DNA of 64,000 bases from Sphyrna mokarran (Eukaryota), in NCBI GenBank assembly GCA_024679065.1, contig JAGIQG010000024.1:19158001-19222000 (forward strand), read 5' to 3'. Positions 52,028 to 64,000 of the stretch are shown in pieces. Positions within the stretch are counted from its first letter, which is position 1. Every line of letters begins with the position of its first letter. A model generated the notes under the pieces. It did no database searches and had not been told where the DNA came from. It saw nothing but the letters and a program-made list of their open reading frames with translations. Position numbers and translations under genes: made by a program.

Positions 52028-55000
52028 GCCTCAGCTTCTGAATCTGCACAAACAGGTTTGAGATTCTTGCTCCCAGTGGACAAAAACGAGTATTGCAAGG
52101 TGGACGAGCAAACTCCCCACGGTACAGTGATGCAGGGAGAGATCAAAGCAGAAGAAGTAAAGAGAAATGTAGTGATAATTGGGGATTGTGTAGTTAGGGG
52201 CACAGACACTGTCCTTTGTGACAAGGATAAAGAATACCGAAGGGTGTGTTGTCTGCCTCGTACTTGGGTCCAGGATGTCTCATCTGGGTAGCAGAGGGAC
52301 CTGAAGTGGGAGGGTGAGAATCCGGTCATCGTGATTCATGTAGGTGTCAACGACATAGACAAAATAGGAACTAAGGATCTGCAGAGGGAGTATGATAATC
52401 TGGGAACCAAATTAAAAAGCAGAACCAACAAGGTGGTTATCTTTAAATTACTACCAGAACCCCACACTATTTGGCGCAGGATAAATAGGATTAAGGAGAT
52501 GAGTGCATGGCTCAAGGATTGATGTGGGAGGAATGGATTCCAATTTATGGGGCACTGGCACCAATATTGTGCAGATGGGACCTGTTCAGATGGGATGGTC
52601 TTCGTCTGAATCGTGGCGAATTGTATAATCAGGACTGTAGATAAGGCTTTAAACTAATTAGTGAGGGGAGAGTGCAGGGGTGAGGGAAATTACAAAAAGT
52701 AAAGGAGAGAATACGTGTGCAGGTTAATGTTGAGGATGTTCCACTAATTAAAGGAGTAGGCGGCACGAGAGAAGTTAGTAACAATTCTACAAATAAGGTC
52801 CAGAAAAGACTGGTATAGAGATACTTTATCTGAATGCACGAAGCATTCGAAACAAAGTGAATGAGCTGATTGCGCAAATCAGCACAAATGGGTACGATCT
52901 AGTGGCCATTACGGAAATGTGGTTGCACGGTGACCGGGACTGGGAACTGAATATCTGGGATATCAGACATTTAGGAAGGACAGACAGGAGGATAAAGGAG
53001 GTGGGGTAGCTCTATTAATAAAGGATAATATCAGGGCAGTGGTAAGAGAAGATATAGCCTCCAAACAGCAAAACGTGGAATCATTGTGGGTGGAGATAAG
53101 GACTAGAAAGGGAGAAAGACACTGGTGGATATGGTCTATAGGCCCCCAGATAATAACTTTGAAGTGGGGCAGGCTATAAACAAACAAATAATTGATGCGT
53201 GCAGAAACAGAACGGCAATAATTATGGGGGATTTTAATCTCCATATTGATTGGTTGACCCAAGTCAGACATGGTGGGCTTGAGGAAGAGTTCTTGGATGC
53301 TGTCGGAATAGTTTCCTTGAACAGTGTGTAACGGAACCTACGAGGGAATGAGCTATCTTAAATCTGGTACTGTGTAACGAGGCAGGTAGAATTAGGAACC
53401 TTCTTGTGAGGGATCCTCTTGGGACGAGTGATCATAGTATGGTTGAATTTCTGATGCAGATAGAGGATGATAAAGTAGGGTCCCAAACCTGTGTCCTCTG
53501 TTTGAGCAGAGGTGAGTATGATAAAATGAGGGCGGAATTGGCGAATGTAGATTGAGGACACAAATTGGTTGGTAGGGTGGCTGAGGAACAGTGGAGGATT
53601 TTTCAGAAGATCATTTTCGGTTCTCAGCAGAAATATGATGATAAAGAAGGGCTGTAAGAGAAGAGATAACCAGCTGTGGTTATCAAAGAAAATAAAGGAG
53701 AACATTAAATTAAAAGCTGATGTGTTCAGAGTGGCTAAAAATAGTGGGCAATTAGAAGATTGGGAAAGGTTTAAAAAACAACAAAGAATTACAAAGAAAG
53801 CGATAAAGAAAGGAAAAATAGAGTATGAAGCTAAATTAGCTCTAAATATAAAAAACGACAGTAAAAGTTTTTACAAATATGTAAAAAGGAGGAAACTGGC
53901 TAGAGTGAATGTTGGATCCTTGGAGGATGAGGGGGGGGATTTAGCTGTGGGTAACGAGGAAATAGCTGAGGCTTTAAATAAGTTTTTTGTGTCAGTCTTC
54001 ACAGAGGAGGACACAAATAGCTTGCTGATTATTAAAGATAGAAGGACGGTAGGAGATAAGGTCCTTAATGCAATTACTGTCACTAGAGAGGTAGTGTTTG
54101 ATAGACTGATGGGACTGAAGGTAGACAAGTCCCTGGGACTGGATGGAATACATCCCAAGGTTCTGAAAGAAATGGCACAGGTGATAGCAGATGCCTTAAT
54201 AATTATTTATCAAAATTCGCTGGACTCTGGGAAAGTGCCGAAAGATTGGAAAATGGCTAATGTTACGCTATTTAAAAAAGGTCGCAGACAAAAGGCAGGA
54301 AATTATAGGCCGGTTAGCTTAATGTCCGTAGTTGCAAAAATATTAGAATTCATTATCAAAGATGAAATAGCAAGTCACCTAGAAAAGAACGGTTTGATTA
54401 AGCAGACGCAGCACGGATTCGTGAAGGGGGAATCGTGTTTAACAAATATATTGGATTTCTATGAACACATGATCAGTGCGATAGACAAAGGGGAACCGGT
54501 GGATGTGGTGTTTTTAGATTTCCAGAAGGCATTTGATAAGGTGCCTCACAAAAGGTTAGGGTGCATGGAGTTGGGGATAAGGTGTTAGCGCAGATTGAGG
54601 ATTGGTTTTCTAACAGGAAGCAGAGAGTTGGAATCAATGGGTGCTATTCTGGTTGGCAGCGATGACTAGTGGAGTGCCGCAGGGATAGGTGCAGGGGCCT
54701 CAACTGTTTACATAGATGATTTGGAGGAGGGGGCTAAGTGTAGGGTAACAAAATTTGCTGATGACACAAAGATGAGTGGAAAAGCGAATTGCGTGGAAGG
54801 TGCTGAAAGTCTGCAGAGAGATCTGGATAGGCTGAGTGAATGGGCGAGGATCTGGCAGATGGAGTATAATGTTAGCAAATGTGAGGTTATCCACTTTGAT
54901 AGAAATAATAGTAGGAGGGATTATTATTTAAAGGGCAAAAAGCTGCAGCATGCTATAGTGCAGAGGAACCTGAGGGTCCTTGTGCACGAATCGCAAAAAC

Positions 55001-55671
55001 CCAGTCTGCAGGTGCAGCAAGTGATCAAGAAGACAAATGGAATTTTGGCTTTTATAGCGAGGGGAATAGAATACAAAAGCAGAGAGGTCTTGCTGGAACT
55101 GTACAGGACACTGGTGAGGCTGCAACTTAAGTACTGTGTGCAGTGTTGGTCACAGCATTTGCAAAAGGATATATTTGCCTTGGAGGGAATACAGAGAAGA
55201 TTCACTGGGCTGATATGGAGATGAGGGGGTTGGCCTTTGAAAAGAGCTTGAATAGACTGGGTCTGTACTCATTAGAGTTTAGAAGGCTGAGGTGGGAGCT
55301 TGTAGAGACAAGATAATGAAGGGGCTAGATAGGGTAGAGGTAGAGAGATTCTTCTCGCTTAGAAGGGTATCAGATATAGAGGGCACAGCCTCAAAATGAG
55401 GGCAGTTTAGATAAGAGTTGAGGAGGAACTTCTTCACTCAAACAGTGGTGAGCCTCTGGAATTCTCTGCCCATTGAAGTGGTGGAGGCTACCTCGCTGAA
55501 AATATTAAAGTCATGGGCAGATAGATTCTGATAGACAAGGGAATTAAGGGTTATGGGGAGAAAGCGAGAAAGTGGAACTGATCCACTTCAGATCAGCCAT
55601 GATCTTGTTGAATAGCGGGGTGGGCTAGATGGCCTACTCCTGCTCCTATTTCTTATGTTCTATGTTCTTAT
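52028..55671 (+). mobile_element. Near full-length CR1 LINE: ORF1 SGNH/esterase, ORF2 APE endonuclease + RT, disrupted
   Basis: ORF1 VVIIGDCVVRG, VCCLP, IHVGVNDI. APE YLNARSIRNK, VYRPP, IIMGDFN. RT GNYRPVSL, VVFLDFQKAFDKVPH, KFADDTK. Tail ttcttatgttctatgttcttat. Several stops and frameshifts. Confidence 0.95.
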
Positions 55672-56738
55672 CTTCTATTCTGCTTTAGCTTCACTGTGCA
55701 ATACTTCACGTAGATAGGAGTTGGGCAGCTGGGTCCTGGATGAGCTGAAATTTATGGACGATCAGAAAACATTGATGGAAGATCAGCGTTAATTAGGAAA
55801 GCAATGGAGTTATTCATTCTTCGATGACAACAGCATGGCTGAGCATTTCAACAGAAATCAATTAGATTAGGAACACAATATGGAGCAGATGGGAGGAATG
55901 CTCAATAGAACAGAACTTCCATAACTTTAGGGTTCAAAGTGGGGAAGTGAGGAGAAGAGAACAGTAGGCAGAGGGACACATGAAGAATGAAGAGAACTCA
56001 TTTCCATCAGGATGGAAATATTCAACTTTTATAAACGGTCATCTTTCCTAACTTCAGAGAGATCCAGTTGTTGGATTTCTCGCACCATGGATTGCTTTAG
56101 TTCACGATTGACATGATATAATTGTTTGGAATGTTGGGCGTGAAGATAATGACTGACACCTCAGGGCCATTAAATAATGTATTCCACAACCCATTCCACC
56201 CCCATCCTGACTTGCTTTTCCTTTCGCAATTAAAAGCTTTCAAAAACTTTAGTCCCAAATCTGCAGGATGCCAAACATAATGAGGACAGGCGCAATGCTG
56301 AGGACCCGCAACTCAGGATATTGTTTGTGTGCTGCTGCAAAAAGGTTCATGAGGTAACAGGGAAAAACTGAGTAGCTAAATAAACTATCAATTTGTGTCC
56401 CAGCCAATGGTCGTCCCAGTAACTAAGCTCACTTTCTCAAACCATTGACTGCATCTCTGCAGAAAAAGATTGAAAAATTAGCACGAAGTTTGTGGCAGAA
56501 TTGCTTCTTCAGCCATCCCAATGTTCAGCACCAATTAGTGACGTGCACTGGGATAGCAGTTTCCCAGCAGGGTCACTCGTTATCCTGATCCCTAATCTTA
56601 CGCCGTTAGAACAGATGGCCAAGGACGCCGTTGGCCCGGGCAGGAGAGGTTCATTAGTACTGAGGGAGCACTATACAGCAGAGGGGCAGTATTGAGGGAG
56701 CATCAAACAGCAGAGGAGCAATCCTGAGAGACCACTAT

Positions 56739-57122
56739 AGTAAGAAGTCTCACAGCACCAGGTTTAAGTGCAACTAGTTTATTTGATACTAATCCCACAA
56801 GCTTTCGGAAATTGTGTTCCTTTGTCCAGTGTGTGGAAGGTTCTGATCAGAGAAGGGCATTTAAAGACACACAAGGTTTACAGAATACTGATTAGAATGC
56901 AAGTCTTTACAGCTAACCTGCTATTCATTCTAATCAGTATTCTGTAAACTGCGTGTCTTTATATGCTCTTTTCTGATCAGAACCTTCCACACACCTGATG
57001 AAAGAACACAGTTTCCGAAAGCTTGTGAGATTACTATCAAATTAACTGGTTGGACTTAAACCTGGTGTTGAGAGACTTCTTACTGTGTTTACCCCAGTCC
57101 AACACCGGTATCTCTACATCAT
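56739..57122. mobile_element. Penelope-derived family A hairpin, about 160-bp arms, 26-nt loop
   Basis: Arms 56739-56899 and 56926-57084, followed by the family 3' extension gtttaccccagtccaacaccggtatctctacatcatg. Confidence 0.85.
56990..57029 (+). ncRNA. Minimal type I hammerhead ribozyme motif, best-preserved core in window
   Basis: cac CUGAUGA A aGAA cacagu UUCc GAAA GC UU gug; core intact, first stem II pair mismatched. Confidence 0.6.
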
Positions 57123-58129
57123 GACTATCATTGGAGCGCTATAGGACAGAGGGGCATTATTGAGGGAGCGCCTTACAACAGAGGAGCAGTTTTGAGGGAA
57201 CATACAGCAAAGGAGCAGTATTAAGGAGCACGACACAACAGAACAGCAATCTTTAACAAGACTTGGGCTCCATTTTGCCTATTCAAGTGCAGGTTAATAA
57301 AAACAAATCACAAAAATGCTGTTGCACAAGAGCTTGGGAGTTTCCCCTAAGGCACTAGGCCAAATTACCTCCATCAGTAAATACTAAAAACAGATTTTTA
57401 TCAACAATTTTGTTTGTGGAGCTTTGCTGCGCACCAAATGACGACTAAGTTAGCCTACAACCCATAAGTATCTACGCTTCAAAAGTAAACTAGTGATTCC
57501 AAGTTGCTTTGCAAATATAGCACACAAGGTTGTATCTGTAAGTGGAAATTCCTTTCTCCTGTTGCTTAGCACCACATGGTGCAGTCCATTAGTAATAGAG
57601 CCAGACAAGCAGGTTTTTTCGCAGCACTTTTCCGTTTGACACACTCTGCCAACAAAAAAAGCAATGGTATTGGAGCTGTACTACTGTTCTGTGCTTCACT
57701 GAGGTCTGGCTGATCTTCACCACCTTCCAAACTGGAGTGAAAGCAGCAAATAAACACATATATCTTAATGACCCAGCAGCCAAGTCAAGTCATCCCAAGA
57801 ACACACACAAAGAAACTCAGTTTCAGCTCCAATGATCTGTTTTTAATACTGCTCAGGTGTTCTGTTATATGTTACTGGTTACAGCCAATGGGCAACAGGC
57901 AAACACAATTCTCCTAGGGCTAAGATACAGTATTATTCACCCTCACAAAACATAGTAAAATTTTAGTTATGTTACATAAAAAATCTCAGTTCAGAAGGAA
58001 GCCATTCAGCCCAGCATGCCTGTGACAGCTCTTCAAAAAAAAAGCTATCCAATTAATCCAATTTCCCTGCTCTTTCCCTATAGTCCTGTAAAATATGTTA
58101 ACTTGTATTAGCAAAGTCATTACTGTCCT

Positions 58130-58630
58130 ACATTTGAAACCTAGCCACATAAGGAGATATTAGGAGAAGTGACCCAAAGTTTAGTACAAGAGGTAAGTTT
58201 GAAGGTGCAGCTTAAAGGAGGAGATCAAAGCATTGTGGAGGAGAAATTTGGGAAGGGAATTCCAGGGCTTAGGGTCAAGATAGCTGAAAGCACAGCCAGC
58301 AGTGGTGATGGTTAATGTTGAGGACATGCAAGAGGTTGGAGTAGAACAATGTGGGAGGATTGAGGGGCTATAGGAGCTTACCATGATGGGGAGGCCATAG
58401 AGTGATTTGAAAACATGAACATTTTAAAATTTGATGCCAAGGTTGGGGGTAGCCAATATGGTGAGTGAGCACTGGGAACCAAGTTGAATGGGACTTGGCT
58501 CAAGTTAGAACATTCAGAGCTTTGGCCCACAGAGGAAAGACACCTGGAACACCCAAGTCCAGCGGAAACCAAGGAAGAATGAGGATTTCAGCAGATCAGC
58601 CAAGGCAATAGTGGGATATTTGATGGGGTG
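58130..58630 (-). mobile_element. L2-clade LINE 3' end
   Basis: ORF 58181..58384 includes AGCAFSYLDPKPWNSLP...SSFKLHLQTYL, resembling the L2 ORF2 C-terminus. Confidence 0.7.
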
Positions 58631-58663
58631 CAGGATTGATGCCAGAGGGGTTACAGACTAGGA

Positions 58664-59128
58664 AGATTTGATTTATTGTCACATGTATTAATATACAGTG
58701 AAAAGTATTTTCTTGCACGCTGTACAGACAAAACATATTGTTCATAGAAAAGGAAATGAGAGAGTGAAAAATGTATTGTTACAGTCATAGCTTGGGTGTA
58801 GAGAAAGATCAATTTAATGCAAGATATGTCCATTCAAAAGTCTGATGGCAGCAGGGAAGAAGTTGTTCTTGAGCCGTTTGGTATGTGACCTCAGACTTCT
58901 ACATCTTTTTCCCAAAGGAAGAAGATGGAAGAAAGAATACTAGGGTGCTTGGGGTCCTTAATTATGTTGTGCTGAGATAGTGGGAAGTATAGACAGAGTC
59001 AATGTATGGGAGGCTGGTTTACGTGATGGATTGGGCTACCTTCACGGCCTTTGGTATTCCTTGCAGTCTTGGCAGAACAGAAGCCGTACTGGGCTCTGAT
59101 ACAACCAGAAAGAATGCCTTCTATGGTG
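58664..59128 (-). mobile_element. Rex1/Babar 3' fragment
   Basis: Reverse complement of the 48576-49300 3' region, including gatttgatttattgtcacatg. Confidence 0.85.
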
Positions 59129-59620
59129 GAGGACTGAAATCAGAAAAAGTACAAGACTGACCAATGTTGAGACCGAGTTTGACGCCGAACCTGATTATTG
59201 AGTTGTCCCCTTCAAAGTATTGGCCTTTAAAAAAAAGTTTGGAAACAAAAAGCGTGGCAAAACCTACATTCTTTCAAGTTAACCCACGTTGGAACAGAAG
59301 TTGGATGAGAATATACAGGAAGAACGAACAAATGCAGTGATCATTATGAAGTTCAAGAGTTCAGGCTTCAAAGCTGACAATTTAATCTACACTTGAACAG
59401 TTCTCATAACACATGCTGGACTAGATGTTAGACATGGACTGGTCAACACACCATTCTTTTTCCTCATTTCATTTCCAAATCCGCAATCTTGACCACAAAA
59501 ATGAGAACAAGGGCATTGGTTGTTTGGGAATACCATTACCTGCAAGTTCCTTTTCCTGTCAAACAGCATCCTGAATTTGAACTGTATTGCTGCTCCTTCA
59601 CTGTCACTGGGATAAAAACC

Positions 59621-60005
59621 AGTCTGATAGCCAACTTCTGCACACATGAAGACGGTCTTAACAGGGATCTTGGCTTCATGTCACACTATCTGTAACCCCC
59701 ATGACTTGCCTGGGTTAGCAAAAAACCTCACTTACTGTGCTGTCTGGAGACAATACACATCTCTCTAACCAATGCTCCGTGTTCCCTTCACTCACATTGT
59801 TAGCCACTTTAAGACTTGAATAGCAGGTTAGGTGTAAGGATTCGCATTCTAATCAGCAATCTATAAACTGTCTGTGCTGATATGTGTGCTATTGCAGACC
59901 AGAGCACCTCATTTGCCTGACAAAGGCACAAAGGCCGAAAGCTAGCAAGTTTACTATCAAATAAATCGGTTGGATTTAAAATTGGTGTTGTCAGACCTCT
60001 TACTG
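59621..60005 (+). mobile_element. 5'-truncated Penelope-like element: end of GIY-YIG ORF plus 3' pLTR/UTR with hammerhead motif
   Basis: Translation ends LIANFCTHEDGLNRDLGFMSHYL*, resembling vertebrate Penelope C-termini. It is followed by the family A arm and uugc CUGACAA A GGC acaaag GCC GAAA GC UA gcaa. TSD-like gataaaaacc and gataaaaccc. Confidence 0.8.
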
Positions 60006-61585
60006 ATAAAACCCTAACAACAGAGGGTGCACCTACCCCATATGGGCTGCAGCATTTCACCATCACTTTTCCAAGGGAAATTAGGTAGGACAGCATCCAC
60101 ATCTATAAGAAAAATCAACTCCACACTCATTTACCATAAAACCTGGCATAAACGACAATCCAATTTTCCACTCCAAGAACCCTGCTTTTGCATATACTTG
60201 GCATATAAATTGACCTCCTTTTCAACCATGACATGCTATAATCATATTAGTAGTCAGCCTCAATTTTTTTTGCCTCATGAATACATACTTTATTCACCAG
60301 CATTTTATAACTGGGTGCAAGGGATCAGGCAGATGATATGGCTATGTTAAGAAAATGCACAGGAGTCTGACACGTCTACACTTTGCATCAGGTACCAATG
60401 ATATTTCTAAATGGTGACTGCTCACACTCAAATTGACAGTTCACCTTTGTACTTAAAGCATTAGTCCATCCCTGCTTTGGGAGCGAACTTTTGAGGCTTC
60501 AAACATCAACTTAAAAAGGGAGTGTTAATTTGTCAATTATTTTAGATACAGTTTATGCTTTAGAATGACACAGCTCAGAGGGCTGCCATTTGATCCATCA
60601 TATCTGTGCTGGTAGTTGGCATTTTTCTCCCTCATAAAGCCATGAGTTTGGGAGGCCGCAGCAGCAGAAACTACAGGTTGAAAACTATGACCACAGGATG
60701 CTTTACAAATGACCTTTAACACTGGGACATAAGGAAAACAAGTCAGTAAGCCAAAGATAATATTAGGAGTGCCCAAAGCTTTTGTCAATCACATGAGTTT
60801 TAAAGAAAATTATATATAACGTACTGCAAAGAAGCAGGTCATTTGGCTCAATGAGTTTATGCTCTAAATGAGCTTCCTATCAACTCCATTTCAACTAACC
60901 TGATCATATCCTTCTATTCCTTTCCTCACACAGTTTCTTATTTCCCCTGAACCGTGTCTGTGTTACTAGCCTCAAGTGCTCCATGTGGTAAGAAAATCCC
61001 ACATTCTAACCACTCCCTGGGTAAACAATTTTCTCCTAACTTCCTTACTGGATTCCTGAATGATTTTATAAAAATCATAGAATTCCCACAGTGCAGGAGG
61101 CCATTCGGCCCATCGAGTCTGTATTGACCATAATCCTACCCAAATCCCTATTCCTGTAACCCCACATATTTATCCTGTTAATCTCCTTGACACTACGGTT
61201 AATCTAACACAGCCAATGAACCTAAACTGTGATGCTCAGATAATAAAAGAGAACATGGAACATCAAAGGATTTAAGGAGGAATTCCCAGGACATGGGGCT
61301 AGGTCTTAAAACATGGTTGCCAAAAGTATCACGAAAGCAGTGAACGAATGCACAGGAGATCAAGATTTGGAACTATGTTTCAAGGCAAAAGAATGATGGG
61401 GCATGAAAAAATTTAAATGAGTATTTGGCAGCCAGCAATGAATGCAAGTCAGCAAGCATACTTGAGATGAGTGAATCAAATGTGATAAGAACCTAAACAG
61501 CAAAGCTGTTAATGAGTGAAACTTTATAAAACTTGGATGATGGAGAGCTAGTTAGCAGAGCATTTGAATAGTGAAGGCTGAAGGT

Positions 61586-62202
61586 GATTTTTGATTTGAT
61601 TTATTATTGGCACATTTATTAGTATACAGTGAAAAGTATTGTTTTTTGTATGCTATACAAAGTATACTGTTCATAGAGAAGGAAAGGAAAGAGTGCAGAA
61701 TATGGTGTTACAGTTAAAGCTATGTTGTAGAGAAAGATTAACTTAGCGTGAGGTAGATCCATTCAAAAGTCTGATGGCAGCAGGGAAGAAGCTGTTCTTC
61801 AATTGGTTGGTACGTGACCTCAGACTCCTGTGTCTTTTTCCTGACAGAAGGTGGTGGAAGACGGAATGTCCTGGGTGCATGGGGTTCTTGTTTATGCTGG
61901 CTGTTTTTCCGAGGCAGTGGAAAGTGGAGAGAGAATCAATGGATGGGAGTTTAGATTTTGTGATGGACTACATTCACGACCTTTTGTAGTTTCTTGTGGT
62001 CCTGGGCATAGCAGGAGCCATAGAACATAGAACATTACAGCGCAGTACAGGTCCTTCGGCCCTCGATGTTGCGCCGGCCAGTGGACCCTCTAACCTAAAC
62101 TATTCCAATATCATCCATATGCCTATCCACCGAACATTTGAATGCCCCCAAAGTAGGCGAGTTGTGATACAACCATAAAGAATGCTTTCTATGATGCATC
62201 TG
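61586..62202 (-). mobile_element. Rex1/Babar 3' fragment with nested CR1 tail (about 62019-62160)
   Basis: Matches 58664-59128; the insert catagaacatagaacattacagc matches 36432-36635. Confidence 0.8.
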
Positions 62203-64000
62203 ACAACAGACAAGTTGAGGCAGGGGCAGAGACAGATGAAGTTAATAGTGGAAGGAAGAGCTGCTTTCTGATGAAGGGTATGTTAATGGAACAGAAGGGG
62301 TTCTGTGTAGTAATGTTCCTGTGAAGCGCCTTAGGCCATAAAGGTGCTGGATGCTGAAAACACAAGTTATGGTTAAGTCTGCTCAGAAAGGGAAGGAGAT
62401 AAAATTAGTGGCAAGGAAATTGAGGATGCTTTTCCTTTCTTGTTCCTTCCCTGTGCGTTGTCATCTGACCCCTGCTGCCAATCCATGCGGTTGAGATTTT
62501 ACCTCAAATTCTGAGGAATGATCCCACTAGGATTGCCAAAATCACTTTCAGACACTCACAGACCTGTTGTTGCATCTGTGTACAGCACCAATTATACAAG
62601 TCAGCTACCACTAGAGGTCAGTCTGCTACCATATTGAAATTGGGAGAATTGATTTCAGCATATGAGGATGGTGCAATACTGCATACACCTCAACTACCAA
62701 TCCTCCCACCCCCATTCACTCCTGTATTGTCTACCAAAATAATCATCTCCCTGTAAGGGAAACTTGTAAAATAACCAAAGCAAAATTAGTGTTGTCAGAG
62801 GCACAGAATGTCTTCTTGAGAAACAGTGCAGCCGAATGCAAAGAAACAATGTAGGACTTTGCTATCAAGTTTGGTGAATTTTCTCTCATGTTTGGCTACA
62901 AAAAGGCAGGTATCTCAGACTGGATGCACAGGCCAACCCCACTCTTTCCACCTGCAAGATTCCACAAGTGCACACTGTCCATAACACCATCCTGAACCAA
63001 TTTCCTCTACTCTTTATCAAATCCGGACCATCCAAAACTACATTCTAATTTTGTGCTCACCAACATTACCTACCAATCTGCTTCGACCTTGCAATATTCC
63101 CATCTTTATTAAGATGACACCACCTGCTTTCAGTAACCAATCCTTAAATCAAGTCACTGAGTTCACTGCTGCCTCGGAGCTGTACTCACGCCATTCCTCA
63201 ATGGAGGCTTTAATCTGGTTTCACCTCTACCCTGGGAGACTCCATTGAGAAAGGAATTTTAACCAGTCTCGTCAGACTCCTCCCACCTTTCACATTGTTG
63301 ACCATCTCATGCTCTTTTATGTATAATCCACCTATAGGGTACTTCTCTCCTTTGGTTCCATTCATACCACCGCAGTGCTGGCATCACCTTAATCAGAAGT
63401 ATTCATTCATCACCTTTCAAAATGCCTCCTCATTCTTAAGACACCACACCCCAAGGCAGCATTGGCGACCAGGAACTTCATTGGATTGGTCCATGATTAA
63501 GCTTGGAGGAATGCTGCAGCGATTGTCTTCTGCACTGTGGTTCACTAGGGAACTCCCTCACTCTTACCCTCTGCCAGAGATATTTAAAGGATTTACTGGC
63601 TGACAATCGATCTATTTGATCAAGTTATGAACACATCTTCCATGGCCATCATGTCCTGAAGTGAGAATTGAACCTGAAGCTCTGGCTCAGAGATGAGGGA
63701 TGCCTCCACAAGACCTCCTTCCACCACCTCTAAATCCAAAAAAGGCACTGCTGCCAACAAAGTATTTTCATAATAATAGCCATTGTTGCAATGTGGGAAA
63801 CAGCAGCTAATTTACACACAACACAGTCCATCAAATAGAATTGTAGTACTGACCAGATAATCTGTATTCAGTGATGTTAGCTGAGGAACAAATATTGGCC
63901 AAGATAAAAGAGATAGCACCCCTCTTCTTCAAAATTGTGCCATGGAATCTTTCAACTCCACTCGAGAGGCTGTTGGGACCTCAGTTTAATGCCTTATCCA

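Larger units (their letters stand above)
56655..57545 (+). repeat. Deu-domain SINE with internal about 32-nt tandem amplification, split by a Penelope hairpin
   Basis: Units like agtactgagggagcactatacagcagaggggc at 56655-56738 and 57130-57250; Deu 3' part at 57320-57545. Confidence 0.6.

Noticed and set aside
51096-52329. Long Pro- and Gly-rich ORFs of 150-373 aa
   Set aside because: Artefacts of the G/A tract and the N gap, which lack stop codons.
53569-54588. 339-aa ORF as a host gene or active RT
   Set aside because: Internal fragment of CR1 ORF2, bounded by stops and frameshifts; the FADD motif is in a separate ORF.
56655-57250. CRISPR-like repeat array
   Set aside because: Units are contiguous and degenerate with no unique spacers or cas genes; vertebrate SINE-derived minisatellite.

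Overview
Vertebrate genomic DNA, most likely a cartilaginous fish (shark). This is inferred from HE1/V-SINE-like and Deu-domain SINEs, CR1, L2, Rex1/Babar and Penelope repeats. The window holds nine in-frame coding exons of a minus-strand PHACTR4-like gene (phosphatase and actin regulator). The reading frame runs from an MGQ-type first coding exon at 47160 to the third RPEL exon at 625 (1819 nt, 606 codons +1). The last exons, encoding RPEL4 and the PP1-binding end, lie beyond the left edge. Introns and upstream DNA are mostly decayed and nested retroelements, including a near-complete CR1 at 52.0-55.7 kb next to a 356-N gap. The most notable non-genic signal is two families of Penelope-derived fold-back elements. 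Both carry minimal hammerhead-ribozyme motifs (CUGANGA-A-stem II-GAAA, with a palindromic AAGCUU or AACGUU in place of stem III), and stem pairing is preserved across family A copies whose sequences differ. All calls were made by eye without database searches; repeat boundaries are approximate.
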